Numbered from the stretch's first letter, positions 12,950 to 27,070 are shown. The stretch: 64,000 nucleotides of DNA from Squalus acanthias (GCA_030390025.1 CM059432.1:23996001-24060000); one strand, 5' to 3'. Notes: generated by a model from the sequence alone, not told the origin. Program-made: numbers and translations.

Positions 12950-14065
12950 CACCATCCTCCTCTAATGTCTTTCTTTGTTGTTTAGCTGAATGGGACTGCA
13001 CGTGCTTGGCTCCACTCATATTTATCCAATCATAGCCAGGGAATCTCCACAAATGGCTTCTCTTCCTGCTCCCACACCGGTACATTTGAAGTCCCCAAGG
13101 ATCTATCCTTGGCTTCCTCCTCTTCCTCATCTACTTGCTACCTCATGGCACATCATCCAAAGACATGGTGTCAGGTTCCATGTGTACATTGACAACACAT
13201 AATTCTACCTCTCTACTACTTCTCTCGACCTCTCCATGTCTTTTGTGTTGGCAGCCTGCTTGTCTGACCTCCAGCCCTGGATAAGCCACAATTTCCTCCA
13301 GTCAAACATGGGGAAAACTAAAGCAATTGCCTTTGGCTTCTCCCACAACCAGTGTTCCATTGCTATTGATTCCATCCTCAGCATCCCATTTGACCCTGAG
13401 CTGAGCTTCTGATCCCATATCCTCGACATCGGAAAGACCGCCTGGTTCCGCCTCCATATTATTGCCTGTCTCTGCCCCGCCTTAGCCCATCTGCTACTGA
13501 AAATCCACCTCCCAGACTCGATTATTCCAAAGCTCTCCTGGCCGGCCTCCCAACCTCTACTTTCCATAAACTTGAGCTCATCCAAAATTTTGCTGCCCAT
13601 ATTCTAACCCGTGCCAAATCTGGCTCACCCATCACTCCTGTGTTCGTTGGCCTACATTGGCTCCTGGACTCCCAATGCCTCCAATTTAAAGTTCTCATCC
13701 TTGTGTTCAAATCCCTTCATGACCTCACCCCTTACAATTTGTGAAACCTCCTCCAGCCCTACGATCTTCTGAGAAACCTATATTCCTCCAACTTTGGCTT
13801 CTTATGCATTCCCTACTCTCTTTGCCCCAGCAATGGTGGCCGTGCCTTCAGCCGTCTAGGCCCTAAGCTCTGGCATTCCCTCCCTGAAACCTCTCCGCCT
13901 CTCCACCTCTCTTATCCTTTAAGACCCCAAGGTTTTAGCCACACCTCCTAATATCTACTTTGGTTTGGTGTCAATTTTTGTCTGATTACACTTCTGTGAA
14001 GCGCCTTGGGACATTTTCCTATGTTAAAGGCGCTATATAAATGCAAGTTATTGTTGCTGTTGTTG
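12950..14065 (+). mobile_element. L2 LINE 3' fragment
   Basis: Degenerate RT C-terminus (HGVRFHVYIDNT; cacccatcactcctgtg...cattggctc) and L2-type tail aaaggcgctatataaatgcaag(ttg)n. Confidence 0.8.
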
Positions 14066-15777
14066 TTTATTGATGCATTTGGGTTTGTTGATTGGTGGAT
14101 TTATTAGTGCATTTGGATGGTATTCATTGTGTTTATTATTATTTTTTTAATTTTGTATATTCATTTAGGTTTTTGATGCATTTCATTTGGGTGTATTTGG
14201 GTATGATTATTGCTATATTTTGGTTTTCTCATTGCTCTTTTGTATCTGTTTGACATTTTTAGAAGGTTTGTTAATGTATTTTCGGTGAAATTTATGGGTA
14301 TATTTTGTTGAGTTTACTGGCGAACCTTCAATATCCCTGGGAATAGAATTTCTGCAAAATATCATTCTTGGATTAGTATTCAATGCTGAGATATTCTTAC
14401 AGTATTGTCTCGTCCCAAGTAGGTTGTCAGATATACTGTAACTTACACCCCGTACTTTGGGGGCCAGTCTATGACAAACAGGAAAGTAAACGAGTGAGTT
14501 GCACAGCAGATGTTTTACTAAGTATAACATTTGTTTCAGTGTCAGGTTCTATCTGGGCTCAGAAGACGAGTTTCTGAATATTATTAAGGTTTTTTTTGTC
14601 AAGTTACGTTCTATGCTCCATCAGACATTAATGCTATTTATCTCCAGTTGCATAGCTGTAAGGTGTCCAATAATTACAATTTGTAACGGATTATTTTTTC
14701 TTAGTTTAGATAACATTCCCCTGCACATCTATGCAGGCGAGAAAGAAGAAAAAAACAGGCCAAATGGTTTATTCCCAGATCGATGTTTCAAAGACTTGGC
14801 CTGAGTAAAATCCATTCCCCTTCTCAGCTCGATAAAGAGTAGCCGCTCCTTGACAGCAATCCCGATGTTTATCCTAGCATGAAACTGACAGCACAAAAGG
14901 CCGATCATTCCTGCTCCAACACAGGAAGGTGACAGTGGAACTGAAGCTGCATGCCGGCCTGTACCGCACTTCAAAGCACCAGAGACGGAGTGCCTTTCTC
15001 ATCTGAACTTTCCAACACCTGATATAAATGCACGCTGTCAGCTGGATTAAGGCTGCCTGACTCCGACAGAATGGTTTTCTTTTTCAAACGGCTAAACAAT
15101 GAAACATAATGCAAGGGTTGGGGGAGAGAGGGGGGCGGGGGGAGACCTGGTATTCAATATCAAAGTAAATGTTGGAACATCTTATATGATGGAGACTATG
15201 GCAGCGTGCTGTAATTCCAGTTTGTACTTTCCTTTAAATCATCGTATAGTACAAATGTACCTGGAAGGCTGAAAGAAGTGCTTTTCTGATTCGTCATAGG
15301 CAAGGATATATACCTAGAGAGATAGGCAGGAATATTTTGCAAGGCAGTGTCACGTTCAGCTGATGCGAGCAGCCAAGAAAGAGAATTTTTGAATGTCATT
15401 TGAACCCAGAGTATGACCAGAAATAGGCTCCTATATATCTAGTGATCAGAAGACATTCGCAAATGTTGGAAATCTGAAACAACGTCTAGAAATACTCAAC
15501 AGGCCGCAGGACAGTTGATAACAGAAAGAGAAGGGTCGGCGCCAACATCAAAAATGTTATCTATTTGTCTTTTTTATTTTTAAGTGATATTTTGTGGTTA
15601 AAATGAAGGACATGAAGAATTCCAATTTTTTATCATCATGCATTCACAGGTCAGATTCAGCACAACCTAAATGGAGGGTAAAGTGCCCATTATTCCACCT
15701 CAACAATGTATTGTAACTGCAGTTTATCAGTAAGGTTTCTCTGTGATAAATATTCCATGTCAGCCACTGAATCTAGG

Positions 15778-16032
15778 TGTTAATTTCTTCACTCAGAGGG
15801 TGGCGAACCTGTGGAATTCTCTACCACAGAAGGCTGTGGAGGCCAAGTCACTGAATATATTTAAGAAGGAGATAGATAGATTTCTACACACAAAAGGCAT
15901 CAAGGGGTATGGGGAGAGAGCGGGAATATGGTATTGAGATAGAGGATCAGCCATGATCATATTGAATGGCGGAGCAGGCTCGAAGGGCCGAATGGCCTAC
16001 TCCTGCTCCTATTTTTCTATGTTTCTATGTTC
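15778..16032 (+). mobile_element. CR1 (HER1-type) 3' end
   Basis: NFFTQRVANLWNSLPQ...GYGERAG, then gatcagccatgatc...ttctatgtttctatg tail. Confidence 0.9.
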
Positions 16033-16286
16033 TAATGTTACTCATAATGGTTTAGATGGGTTAGAAAAGTTAACAATGTAAAAAGTGTAAGGCTGCATTT
16101 TGTTATCTCAGTTGAATGTTAAGCTTCTATGAAACAAAAGTTCATATATTCCTCATCTGTTAAAAATGGGTCAAATGTCCACCTCTCATTGGTGGTTTTG
16201 ACCCTTTAACAAGATTTAGGGCATGTGCAGTTCTGACACATATACTTCCTCAGAATGTGATTTAATTAGTCACTTATGATGCACCT

Positions 16287-16907
16287 GAGGTAGAAATTAT
16301 TATGTGTAAAACAGGCGTAATGCTGACAAATTTAGCAGCGGTATGGCCCGCGCCCAACCTGCACATGCGGCTGGTCCACTGCTAAATTCATCAAGCCCGT
16401 CTTTTCGGCTTTCCGGGCAGCCGGCTTAAACAGGCGTTCAGTCCCTTGCCTAATTTGGGGCCGAACGCCTGTTGAAGGATCCCTCTGTAAAATTAGCTTA
16501 TGATGAGTGGCGCAGGTGCCGGGCTTTTCCCCGTTCAGAATACTTCAACGGCCCCTGTGGCCTTTAACGAAAAGTATGTATTCAAAAAAAAGTTAAAATT
16601 AAACAACAAACTATCAGTAGAGCAGGAGGAGCATGAGTGTTCTCCCAACTCCACAGTCGTCACGATCGCCTCCCCGCACCCCGATCCAACCCCACCTCCG
16701 CAGCTGCCAACCAGCCAGCCAGCCCGACATTTGCCATTTTGCAATGTGCTAGCTGCCTATCATGGTGCAACAGCCGCCAGTAGCTCGTGTATAAAATGTT
16801 AATGAAGTCCAATTTCGGGCCGGCCTGAGGTCTCTCGGTTGAGGCGTGCTCTCCCTGTGCAGCACCGAGTCTGGGCGTGAAAACGGGCCCAGCTGAATTT
16901 CTACCCC
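16287..16907. mobile_element. Harbinger-like MITE
   Basis: TIRs gaggtagaaatt / aatttctacccc. Confidence 0.7.
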
Positions 16908-17177
16908 ATGATCCTTTATCGCATCCCAAACAACTAGCAAGCCACTTAACTGGTATAAATGGCAAGCTTTATTAATGTGGTTGCGGAATGTGCATTTGAT
17001 TTTTGATGATGGTTCGTTGATCACAGGAAAAAGCTAGATGTAATGACCAGAGCCATGACAATATGTTGCATGTGATGTGACCTCCAAGTTAACAATTCTG
17101 GGGATCCGGCAAGTAGTCTGGATGAAGGAAGAGTACAAAAATAAAGCAACAATATAATTGTACAGAAGCAACATGGG

Positions 17178-17202
17178 ATATATATATATATATATATATA
17201 TA
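17178..17202. repeat. (TA)n microsatellite
   Basis: Directly visible. Confidence 0.95.
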
Positions 17203-17726
17203 GATGTAAAGAAAACCTGTCTTCAAAGAATGGTGCACTGACAGTTAAATCTTACCAAGGCTGTAGCAAGCAGAGTAGCAAAAATAGGTTTATGCAAATT
17301 ATATGCGCCATGATGACAAAAAGAAACTTCTGCTGCAAGAAATGTCCATGAACCAAATCACTGTCTCGTGCCACATTTCTCTTATGTTTAAAGGCAACGC
17401 TACTATTTAACTGCAAGGCACAGTGTAGAAAGGATGGGAGACCCCATGTGCTCAAGAAACTATCTGCGTATTAGAGCAGAAGAAGATTTATTCTAGAGGG
17501 AGACTCTGAGAAGTTTTGGGACTGCAAATGTTACAAGGGTCCACACCTAATATGTGCCATATTGATGCATTATTTTATGATTTTCAAATGATATATCAGA
17601 GTATACAAACACATTAATAGTGCATGACCATATAATAGTTCAGGGATGAGGGACTTCAGTTTTGTGGAGAGACAAGAGAAGCTGCGATTGTTAATGTTTC
17701 TGCAAAAGAGTTACGCTAAAATACTA

Positions 17727-18296
17727 GGGGGGAAAAATTTGGTTGCTTTGCGCTTCCCATTAGCGTCCCGAAATTCAGCGGGAGGTTAGCGGCGGCGGTA
17801 GCTGGTAGCCTCCGACGATGACGTCATCACCATGCGCAACGCCCCGCTTGCGCCCCGGCCACAAACTTGGCTACTGCCGGACGCTATGTCCAACAGGGTC
17901 AGAGTGCCGTGTTTGCGGCCGGGGCAGCGTAAATTAAAGGGCAGCTGACGGGCGGCCATTTTTTTGGGGCTGCCTGCCAGCACCTGCCCCCTCTCGCCTC
18001 CTCCTGCGGGGTGCCAGCCGCGATCGGTCAGCCCAGCACTCCTCTTGAGTGCCGGGCTCTTTGGCCGGCACCCCGCTCCCCGGTGGTCCAGCAGGGCCCT
18101 GGTGCGCGCTGTGCTAGGCCCCTCCCCTTTAATCAGGGGAGGGAGGCGTGTAATACTGCGGCGCAACATGCTGACGTGCGTGGCGCTGTTGCACGTAGCG
18201 CCTCAAGAGGGAGGGGGCATGGGGTCGCTAACTTTTTTGGGGCGCTAAAAGGCAAAGTTAGCGCCCCAAAGGGGGCAGGACCCAATTTTTCCCCCC
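17727..18296. mobile_element. Harbinger-like MITE, CpG-rich
   Basis: TIRs ggggggaaaaatt / aatttttcccccc. Confidence 0.75.
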
Positions 18297-18313
18297 TATA
18301 CATATAATCCCAC

Positions 18314-18492
18314 CAATGTTTCCGTTAAGCCGTGCGGCTGCGCTGCCACATGGCCACGTAGTGGTCTGGAGCTCCTGGGCAGCCGGCTCACCGGCTTTTA
18401 AATGGAAAAACCGCGCATGCGCGGAAATTTGAATGAGCCGCGCAGCCTGTTAAAGGGGCCTCACACCCCCCAAAAAATTAAAAGGAACTTTG
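18314..18492. mobile_element. hAT-type MITE
   Basis: TIRs caatgtttcc / ggaactttg flanked by an 8-bp TSD aatcccac / aatcctac (one mismatch). Confidence 0.7.
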
Positions 18493-18529
18493 AATCCTAC
18501 CATTAAAGTTTTCTCCCGAATTCTAGATT

Positions 18530-19078
18530 AGAGTAGCTGGGATTGTTCTCTGAGAACCAAGGGACATGGGGATAGTGTGGGAAGGTGGAGATGGGGTAGA
18601 AGATAAGCCAAGATCTTACTGAATGACGGAGCAGGCTCAAAGGGCCAAATGGCCAACTCCTGGTCCTATTTCTTATGCTCTTATGTTCTCCTTGGAGCAG
18701 AGAAGGTTAAGGGGAGATTTGATAGAGGTGTTCAAAATGATGAGGGGTTTTGATAGAGTAGATGGAGAAGAAACTGTTTCCACTGGCAGGAGGGTCAGTA
18801 AACAGAAGACAGAGATTTAAGATAATTGGCAAAAAAATCAAGGGGGTAAATGAGAAGAACTTTTTTTATGCAACGAGTTATTACGATCTGGAATGCACTG
18901 TCTGAAAAGGTGGTGGAAGCAGATTCAATCGTATCTTTCAAAAGGGAATTAGATATATTCTTGAAAAGGAGAAATTTACAGGTCTATGGGAAAAAAGCAG
19001 GGGAGTGAGACTAATTGGAGAGCTCTTTAACAGACACAATGGGCTGAATTGCCACCTTTGTGCTGTTTGATTCTATTG
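18530..19078 (+). mobile_element. CR1 3' fragments (nested)
   Basis: FSLEQRRLRGDLIEVFK and two 3' UTR-like segments. Confidence 0.75.
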
Positions 19079-19763
19079 CCTGGATATACAACTGGGGCAG
19101 GTTACGTAGGCAGGGAGGTGGAGTTTCAGATGGGAATTCCGGAAGTGTGTGTTTCCCCGCATGATGAGGAGTTTTAACTTCACATCGTGCGTCTTTTGGC
19201 CCAGATTCCAGAAAGTCAGCCTGATTGTCAGTTGCGTGGGGAGCACCCAGGACTGTAGGCTGCAGGACCAGGTAGGTCTGATCCACGACCCTGGAGGGGG
19301 TGGTCCGATCCTGGGGAGGTCCAATCCCAGACCCTGGGGGCAGTTCCTCGACCTCAAGGGTCTTTGTATGGGGGGATGGGTCTGGAGGGGGGAGAGCCTG
19401 GGGGGCAGGGGGGAAGCACTCCTGCTCCTTCTGGTCCACAAGCAGTACTGTAAAGTCACTTACCTCCTCCCCGAACCAGTCCACACCTTGCTTCAGCTGC
19501 CAGGTTTCCCAGGCCTGGGAAGCCTGGCTGCCCACTGTAAAACCTACAAAGCAGGTTAAATCAGAGGCTGCCAGCTTCATTAACATATTTAAAATGCCAA
19601 CCCGCCTTCTGGGAGCAGATTGGCTGCCCGCTCCTTGTCCCGCTTCCATAAAACTGGGAAGTCGGCGGGTTGGAGTTGGCTTCCCGACACGCTTGAATTT
19701 TTCCCGACTTAACCCCTCACCCACAACCAATCCCATGTGTTCACCCATGTTAACATTCCCCCC
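19079..19763. mobile_element. Non-autonomous DNA element (MITE)
   Basis: Shares the internal gcactcctgctcc...cacaagcag motif with 11951-12800 and 28111-29050. Ends approximate. Confidence 0.55.
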
Positions 19764-20631
19764 AATGATTCTATGTAATGACAATACAATACCCAAATGG
19801 AGGAATGTGCTAAGAGCTCAAAAATACTCCATCTGCTCTCTTCACAAAGCAAGGGAAACCCAGCGGTGCAACCCAAAGAGAGCACAGTAGGAGGAGGCTT
19901 AGGGTGAGGCAGAGAGCACTGGTAATGAAGGGGTAGCTGTGGTAGGGTTGATGAGATGTTAGCACAGTTCCAGCATGCTGAACATCCTACCTGAATTCTC
20001 TTTGGATAGATCTAAGTGGATCTCCTTTCCAGGGGTGACTTTTAGAACACGTAGACCTCGAAATTTGATGATGCTGCATATGTTTTATAGATGTCAAATA
20101 GGCACAAAAGCATCCAGTATGGTGGGCAGTGTTTCTGAGCCAGAAGCTTGTATATTTGTATAGGCATCAAAAGAAGGGTCCAGGGCCCAGGCCTGAGACA
20201 CATGTTAGTCCCTTTGCATATGCAAATAATGGGCCTAATGCATGTTTGATGCCCATCTATCTGCAGCCTAATCAGTGGTCCTTAAAGGGATCGCTGCAGA
20301 CCACCACCAGAAAGGTATGTTTTGCAGAAAAACGTAGCTGGATCTGGAGCCGGGAGATGCAGGAGTGCTCCTCCCACTTCACATTAAAACTACAGGCTGC
20401 TGCCGGCCATCACTCTCCCCTTCCCGGTTGTCTCCCTCTCTCTCCCAACTAAAACAAATATAAACAACTCGGGTTAAATTAGGACTGTGGGCTAAGTTAC
20501 AGTAAAGACCTAAAGCATATAACTAAATTTAATAAATTAAACAAGGTTATTACCTAGATTAGAAACTATTAATAGACAATTGAGTATTTCAAAACTTGCA
20601 AACCTAATTAGTTAAATAAAATACAATAGAG

Positions 20632-21715
20632 ATGGCAGGGCAGGTGATGTGTTGCAGCTGTAGCATGTGGGAGCTGGTGGACCCCAGTGTAACTAGTGGG
20701 GTGCCACAGGGATCAGTGCTGGGGCCTCAACTATTTACAATCTATATCAATGACTTGGATGAAGGGACCGAGTGTACTGTAGCCAAATTTGCTGACGATA
20801 CAAAGATAGGTGGGACAGCAAGTTGTGAGGAGGACACAAAAAGTCTGCAAAGGGATATAGATTGGTTAAGTGAGTGGGAAAAAATCTGGCAGATGGAGTA
20901 TAATGTGGAAAAATGTGAGGGTATCCACTTTGGTAGGAAGAATAGAAAAGCAAAATATTATTTAAATGGAGAGAGACTACAGAATTCTGCGGTACAGAGG
21001 GATCTGGGGGTCCTTGTACATGACACACAAAAAGTTAGCATGCAGGTACATCAAGTAATTAGGAAGGCAAATGGAATGTTGGCCTTTATTGCAAGGGGGA
21101 TGGAGTATAAAAGTAGGGAATCTTGCTACAACTGTACAGGGCTTGGTGAGACTGCACCTAGAGTACTGCGTACAGTTTTGGTCTCCTTATTTAAGGAGGG
21201 ATATACTTGCATTGAAGGCAGTTTAGAGAAGGTTCACTAGGTTGATTCCTGAGATGAAGGGGTTGTCTTATGAGGAAAGGTTGAGCAGGTTGTGCCTATA
21301 CTCATTGGAGTTTAGAAGAATGAGAGGAGATCTTATTGAAACATATAAGATTTTGAGGGGCCTTGACAGGGTGTTTCCCCTCATGGGGGAATCTAGAACT
21401 AGGGGGCATAGTTTCAGAATAAGGGATCGCCCATTTAAGACGGCGATGAGGAGGAATTTCTTCTCTCAGAGGTTCGTGAATCTTTGGAATTCTCTACCCC
21501 AGAGAGCTGTGGAGGCTGAGTCATTGAATATATTCAATGCTGAGATAGACAGATTTTTGAACTACAGGGGAGTCAAGGGTTATGGGGAATAGGCAGAAAA
21601 GTGGAGTTGAGGCCAAGATCAAATCAGCCATGATCTTATTGAATGATGCAGCAGGCTTGAGGGGCCGAATGGCCTACTCCTGCTCCTTTTTGTTATGTTC
21701 TTATGTTCTTATATT
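20632..21715 (+). mobile_element. Internally deleted CR1 (ORF1 start fused to ORF2 RT)
   Basis: MAGQVMCCSCSMWE (ORF1 zinc-finger start) is joined directly to VTSGVPQGSVLGP...FADD and continues to the CR1 tail. Confidence 0.85.
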
Positions 21716-23267
21716 CTAACAGCTGCCCTTCTCCCTCTCCTGGTCGCTGACTCCCCCCTCTCCCAATTGCTTCCCCCATTTCCTGGTCCCTCCCTCTCTC
21801 CCGATCGCTTCACTCCTTCTCCTGATGACACCCCCCCCCCCCGCTCTGTTCCTGATTGCTTCCCCCTCCTGATTTTTTTCTTAGGTTTTGACGCTGAACA
21901 TAGAAGTCAAAATAACAGCCAAAAAAAACGTTGCTTTTGGAGATACATTCGAATATAGCTTTAGCTTGCTTGGAGAATGTTTACAGGCAACCACGAGGAA
22001 GAGATTTAGAGACCTCATGTATACCCAGTGTTCAATGCTGACACAGATCAATGAGCTTCACGAAGAGATGCCCTCCAGCAGTGCAGGGACTTGCACCGGA
22101 GCAGCTGGTTGGTCCTCATGTCAGTGGCAGTTCTGTGCCATTATATATTCCTGCACAAGTGACAGTAGGTCACACCTGTGAAAGCACATTGATTCCTGCA
22201 ATAGAAACCCTTTGGCACTAATGTAGGTGCATCAGATGCCTCATAAATACCAAACGTTGGAATTCAGCTCCCACTTCTGTGCAGTAACTCTCGCATTCTG
22301 AACGGAATACAACCTAAAACTTATCATCTGGTCAGTGATTCTTCTCTCACCTCTAATGGCACCATCTGTGTCTCCACTGCAAATGTCTTTGTTTTTATTT
22401 TCTATTTTATCAATCTTGCTGTGATCTTTTTTCCTCAGACCTGTCCTCTGTTGTTCCTCATTAGTTCCAAATAGACTGTCCTGTGTGCTCTTTCCCATCC
22501 TTTCATTCCCCACTGGGTTGAAGTCCTACTCTAAATGATTCTTTCCTAGGACATCGAAAATGAAGAACTCCTTTCATCCCTCAGTCGTCCTGTCCTTCTT
22601 TTATCTGCAGTCTTTTAAAATCTGATGATCTAACCACTAGTGATTGGTTTACCTCATCTCCTCCTCAGTCTCAGTAATGTTCTGCATTTTACCTTGGTTT
22701 CTCAATAAAAATACAAAAAATATCCTCGGTTTTGTAGTTGTTACCATGTAAGTGTAGGATCCCTAAAGTGGTTAATTTAGGTCTCCTCTTCATTACACTA
22801 ATGCAAAGGAAACATCTGTTGGAGTTTTATCCATATAAGGAATGAAAATAGTTTGATGAAAATTATTCATGCTGGGTGTTATTCAAGGGTTGAGCAGTGC
22901 AGCCCGTGGTAAAAAGCGTTGTGATTCACTAGCCATCTGTTATCCTATGTATCTATTCTACGTAAATATTCAATGACTACGAGACATCTGCAGCCATCCC
23001 TTTATTATACTACAAAGATATAATAGCAATAAATGCTTGAAAAATCAAAAATGCTCAACTGTTATATCAGAAATGCGAAATGAACCTCCCCGATCGCTCA
23101 GTTGTTAAGTAGACAGCCCCTTGTGGAACTAACTGATACAGACCAGATATGTCCCAGGCTTAATTTCTGGTCTGTGTTGAGTTAGTTGGCATAGCAACTA
23201 ACCTCAACACAGATCTGAGACAGGAGGGGAGAAAATCAGCTGGGTTCCTGCTCCTGATCATCATCCA

Positions 23268-23470
23268 GTGTCAGCCGTGGCTCAGCAGCAGTGCTCTCGC
23301 ATCAGGATGGTTGTGTGTTCAAGTCCCACTCCAGCGATTGGAGCGTAAAATCTAGGCCGCTGCGCATCTTACATTGCAACAGTGATGTCCCACTCCAGTG
23401 ATTGGGCGTGAAGTGCTTTGGCACGTCCTGAGGTCGTGAAAGGTGCTATATAAATGCAATTCTTTCTTTC
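23268..23470 (+). mobile_element. Deu-type SINE, internally deleted
   Basis: Head gtcagccgtggctcag...gttcaagtcccactccag and tail aaggtgctatataaatgcaa. Confidence 0.65.
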
Positions 23471-25142
23471 TTTTCCTGTCGCTCCTGCTGGAGAGTGTAC
23501 ACGCGTGCGCATAAGGTGAATATCAGTCTCAGGTGATGGCTCCCTGAAGCTGGTGGCTATGGAGTTATATCCCAGCATGATTACATGCTTTTAGGAGAGC
23601 GAGGAAGAAAGTTAAGGGGGTGGAAAGAATATTCAAAAATTAACAGGTTTTTTATTTCAAGAGTGCAGCATTATTAATGTACTGTCATGTGGTTTTTGGG
23701 TGAAAGAGAGACCAATTTTACATTAAATATGGACTATTTAGGAAGGAAACAAGTGCATTAATCACCGAGTTCATTAAAGAAGAAAGTAAGCCTAATATTC
23801 ATCATTTAAATGTGTTTGTATTGTCTATTATTTCAAAAAAACTGTATTTAGGAACTTAATGAGCCACTGCACAGTATGGTAGAACACACACAGTAGGGAT
23901 GGAAAAATAAACAATACAATGGATTCATCAAGAAAGGGGACCTGAAGGGGGTATTCCCTTGCTCTCCGCAGGATGAGTTAGATTTCAATAACAACAACGC
24001 CTTAACCAAGAAGTTATAGAAATATTTGCATAAAAATCAAGATACCACCAGTGTTGTATTAAGAAGTGCATCTGACTTTAACTGGCCTTGAGTGCATTAT
24101 CTATAGTTCACCCCACTTATTAATTGCCAGATTTCTTCACCTTCTCGCACCCCACATTTACACACATCTGGTGCAATTTTAACTTTTGGCCCAAAATAGG
24201 TGGTCAGCAGATGGAGTGTCCACCCGTTGTTTGCTACCTCAAGGTTCATTTGCGTGGATCTGGCAAGCTGTGCATACCAAACTGGCACTCTGATAGAGCT
24301 CGCCGATTGGGGAGTGTGGAAAATCGGCCAGCACCTATGCAGAGCCAGCTGACTGTCCGGGCCGGAGTGAGGGGCAGTGGGGGGTGGGCGGGTGGGGGGA
24401 GGCGATCCCGGGGGGAGGGCGGAGAACGCCCATTGGACGTCAGTGGAATGAGTATTTTTGTGGGGCCATGAGGAGCAAGATGAAAATGGTTTCGAGCTGA
24501 GTATAAACATATCTTGTGTCCTTGTGTCCAGGAGCGAGGACGAGCCCAGCAGCGAGGTCGAGGCCCAGGAGTGGCGCAGCGTTGACCAGCAGCGGGGTCA
24601 GGAGGACCACACTGCAGCCTATAAAACCCAGGCAGAGAAGACCTGCGGGAAGGAGGGAGGAGGACAGTAGGAGTATGTTTGTGTGTGTGTGTGCGCTAGG
24701 CTGAGGTAGCAGAACCTGGTCTCCAATCGTCTTGGATCCCCTTGCCATTGGACCAAGACCTTGCTCTGTCAAGCCCATGTGGTAGCTGGTGTGCAACGGC
24801 CACCCCATGTTAAAAGAATTCACGAACAGGCATCTTCCATCTTCCAGTCACTATACACGCCTTCTCACTCTTTCCAAATTCTCCCTATATAGGCAAGATG
24901 TAGAGACATGGCCTGTAGAGGGAGAGGTTGACAAAGGGGTTAGACATACAGGGAGTATGTTGTTTAAATCAATAAGTAGCAGATGGTGCAAAATGCTCCA
25001 CAGGTGATACGGATTGGTGTGGTGCAGAGCCGTACAGTTGAGAAGGATCCCAAGGTCAATTGACGACTTTTGGAAGTTAGCAGCTTTCAGTTGGGGCAGC
25101 AGTTGACCTCAGTGAGGGAAAAAATGGAATGAACTCTTGAAC

Positions 25143-25340
25143 AAAAAGCAATATACTGCAGATGATGGAACTCGAAACAAAAACAGAAAATGCTGAAACG
25201 CTCAGCAGACCAGGCTGTGGTGAGAGATCAGAGAAGTTAACGTTTCGGATGTGCCAGTTCCGATGAAGGGTCTACACACCCGAAATGTTAATTTCTCTGT
25301 TCTCTCTACAGATGCTGCCTGACCTGCTGAATGTTTCCAG
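25143..25340. mobile_element. Penelope-derived palindromic short element
   Basis: Same family as 60593-60770, with a degenerate hammerhead core (ccgatgaagggt...cccgaaatgtt). Confidence 0.6.
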
Positions 25341-26629
25341 GGATGAACCCTTGATTGTCATCTAAGGATCCCTGCTAGATAGTATGTGTGTGTGTGTGTG
25401 TGTGTGTAGACATCAAATGAGGCAATGAGCAAACTCAATTTTGACATCGCTGCATCCACCTCTATGACTTATTAGATTCTGTCAATCACTATTTCAGCTC
25501 ATGCATGTAGACTGACCACTTTAGGGATGTACCAGTGCTCGTGGAACGATATGGGAAATGTTCTGCTTCAGCATTCCCAGCACGCACCGAGGGTGCATAT
25601 TGGGAGATTGTGCACTCGCAGCCTATGATTTTCCACCTTTTCATTTCTAATGGAAGGGCCGTGTTACTTCCTGATATGTGCTACAGGATTGTGGAAGTAG
25701 AACATTTTGAGTAAGGAAAAGAGGGAAGAAATAGAAAATGTGAGAAAAAAATTACTGGATAGTCCTCCTGCCACTTTTTTTAGAAATCCACATGACTGTG
25801 GTGGGACACTTTAATTGGAGGGGGAAGAAAAATGAAAATGGCCATCACTGCCCTCCCAGACCATCTGCCATCTTGCATGATGAAGGATACATAGAAATAA
25901 AAAGAAAGGAGCATTAAGGATTAAAATAAGCTTAGTTTAAAAAGTTATCTTTTTTGTCCTTGTAGAAATTCAACGATGACACTGTGTTGTTCATGCTTGG
26001 TAAACATTATCGGCTTGTTTGTGCTCATTATTAAACTGAACATTACAAGAAAAATAGCAGCTGTGAGATGACTACCAGCTCCAAGCAAAATGATGACATT
26101 GGTACTTTATTAAGGATATCAGCAGCCTTACAGACAGCATTTGCTCTGTAAAGTGCCTGTTATGTCACAAACAGATAAGAACAAATGTCAATGTGAAGAG
26201 TGCGGAGTCAGCCTTAGCTCAGTGCTACCACACTCACACTGTGAGTCGGCAGGTTATGGGTTCAGAGGCTGAGTACATAATCTTGTGCAGCAATGAGGCA
26301 GTACTGCCTCAAAAATTATGGAGTAAAAGAAAAGCCTTCTGAGGCGTGTGACAGATGTGCAGTGTTATAAAAACCGAGCTGATGACTCTTCTGCCGATTG
26401 GTGTGAATAATGAAAGACCGCTGAGGGGCTGTAGTTTCAGTTTTGGGATGCGCTTTTGACAAATGTTGGTGAACCTTCAATCCCTGTGGTGATCCTTGAA
26501 CAATTTTCCTCCCAATTTCTTTTGTTGAGGGACAGAATCCAAACAAATGTTTTGCTCAAGGGCTACACTTAGGAACACTGCAACCTGCTGCACCATGTTG
26601 TGTGAAACCTGGGTCTGCAAAGAAAGCAC

Positions 26630-27048
26630 AAACTAGCACCTTTCACATCCTCCGGATGTCCCAAATTAAATCGCTGCCAATGAATTACTTTTAAACTGTA
26701 GTCATTGTTGTTTTGTAGCATACATGGCAGCCAATAAGCCCACAAACAGCAAATGAGATGGATGATCAGTTAATCTGTTTTTGGTGGTGTTGATTGAGGC
26801 TTTAATATTGTCCAGGACACGGGAAGAACTCCCCTGCTCTTCCTCAAATGGTTCAATGGATCCTTTATGTCGACGTGAGCAGGAAGACAGGGTCTCAGTT
26901 TAGTATCTTATCTGGAAGATGGCACCTCGGAAGGTGCAGTACTGCCTCATTACTGCACAAGATTATGTAGTCAACCTCTGGAGTGGAACTTGAACCCATA
27001 ACCTGCCGACTCACAAGTGAGAGTGTTAGCACTGAGCTAAGGCTGACT
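26630..27048 (-). mobile_element. Deu-type SINE
   Basis: Colinear with 1640-2070. Confidence 0.7.
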
Positions 27049-27070
27049 CTGCACTCTTCACATTGACATT

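Noticed and set aside
19011..19890. Overlapping 261-aa and 196-aa ORFs
   Set aside because: They lie in a GC-rich MITE, are open on both strands and have no domain signature.
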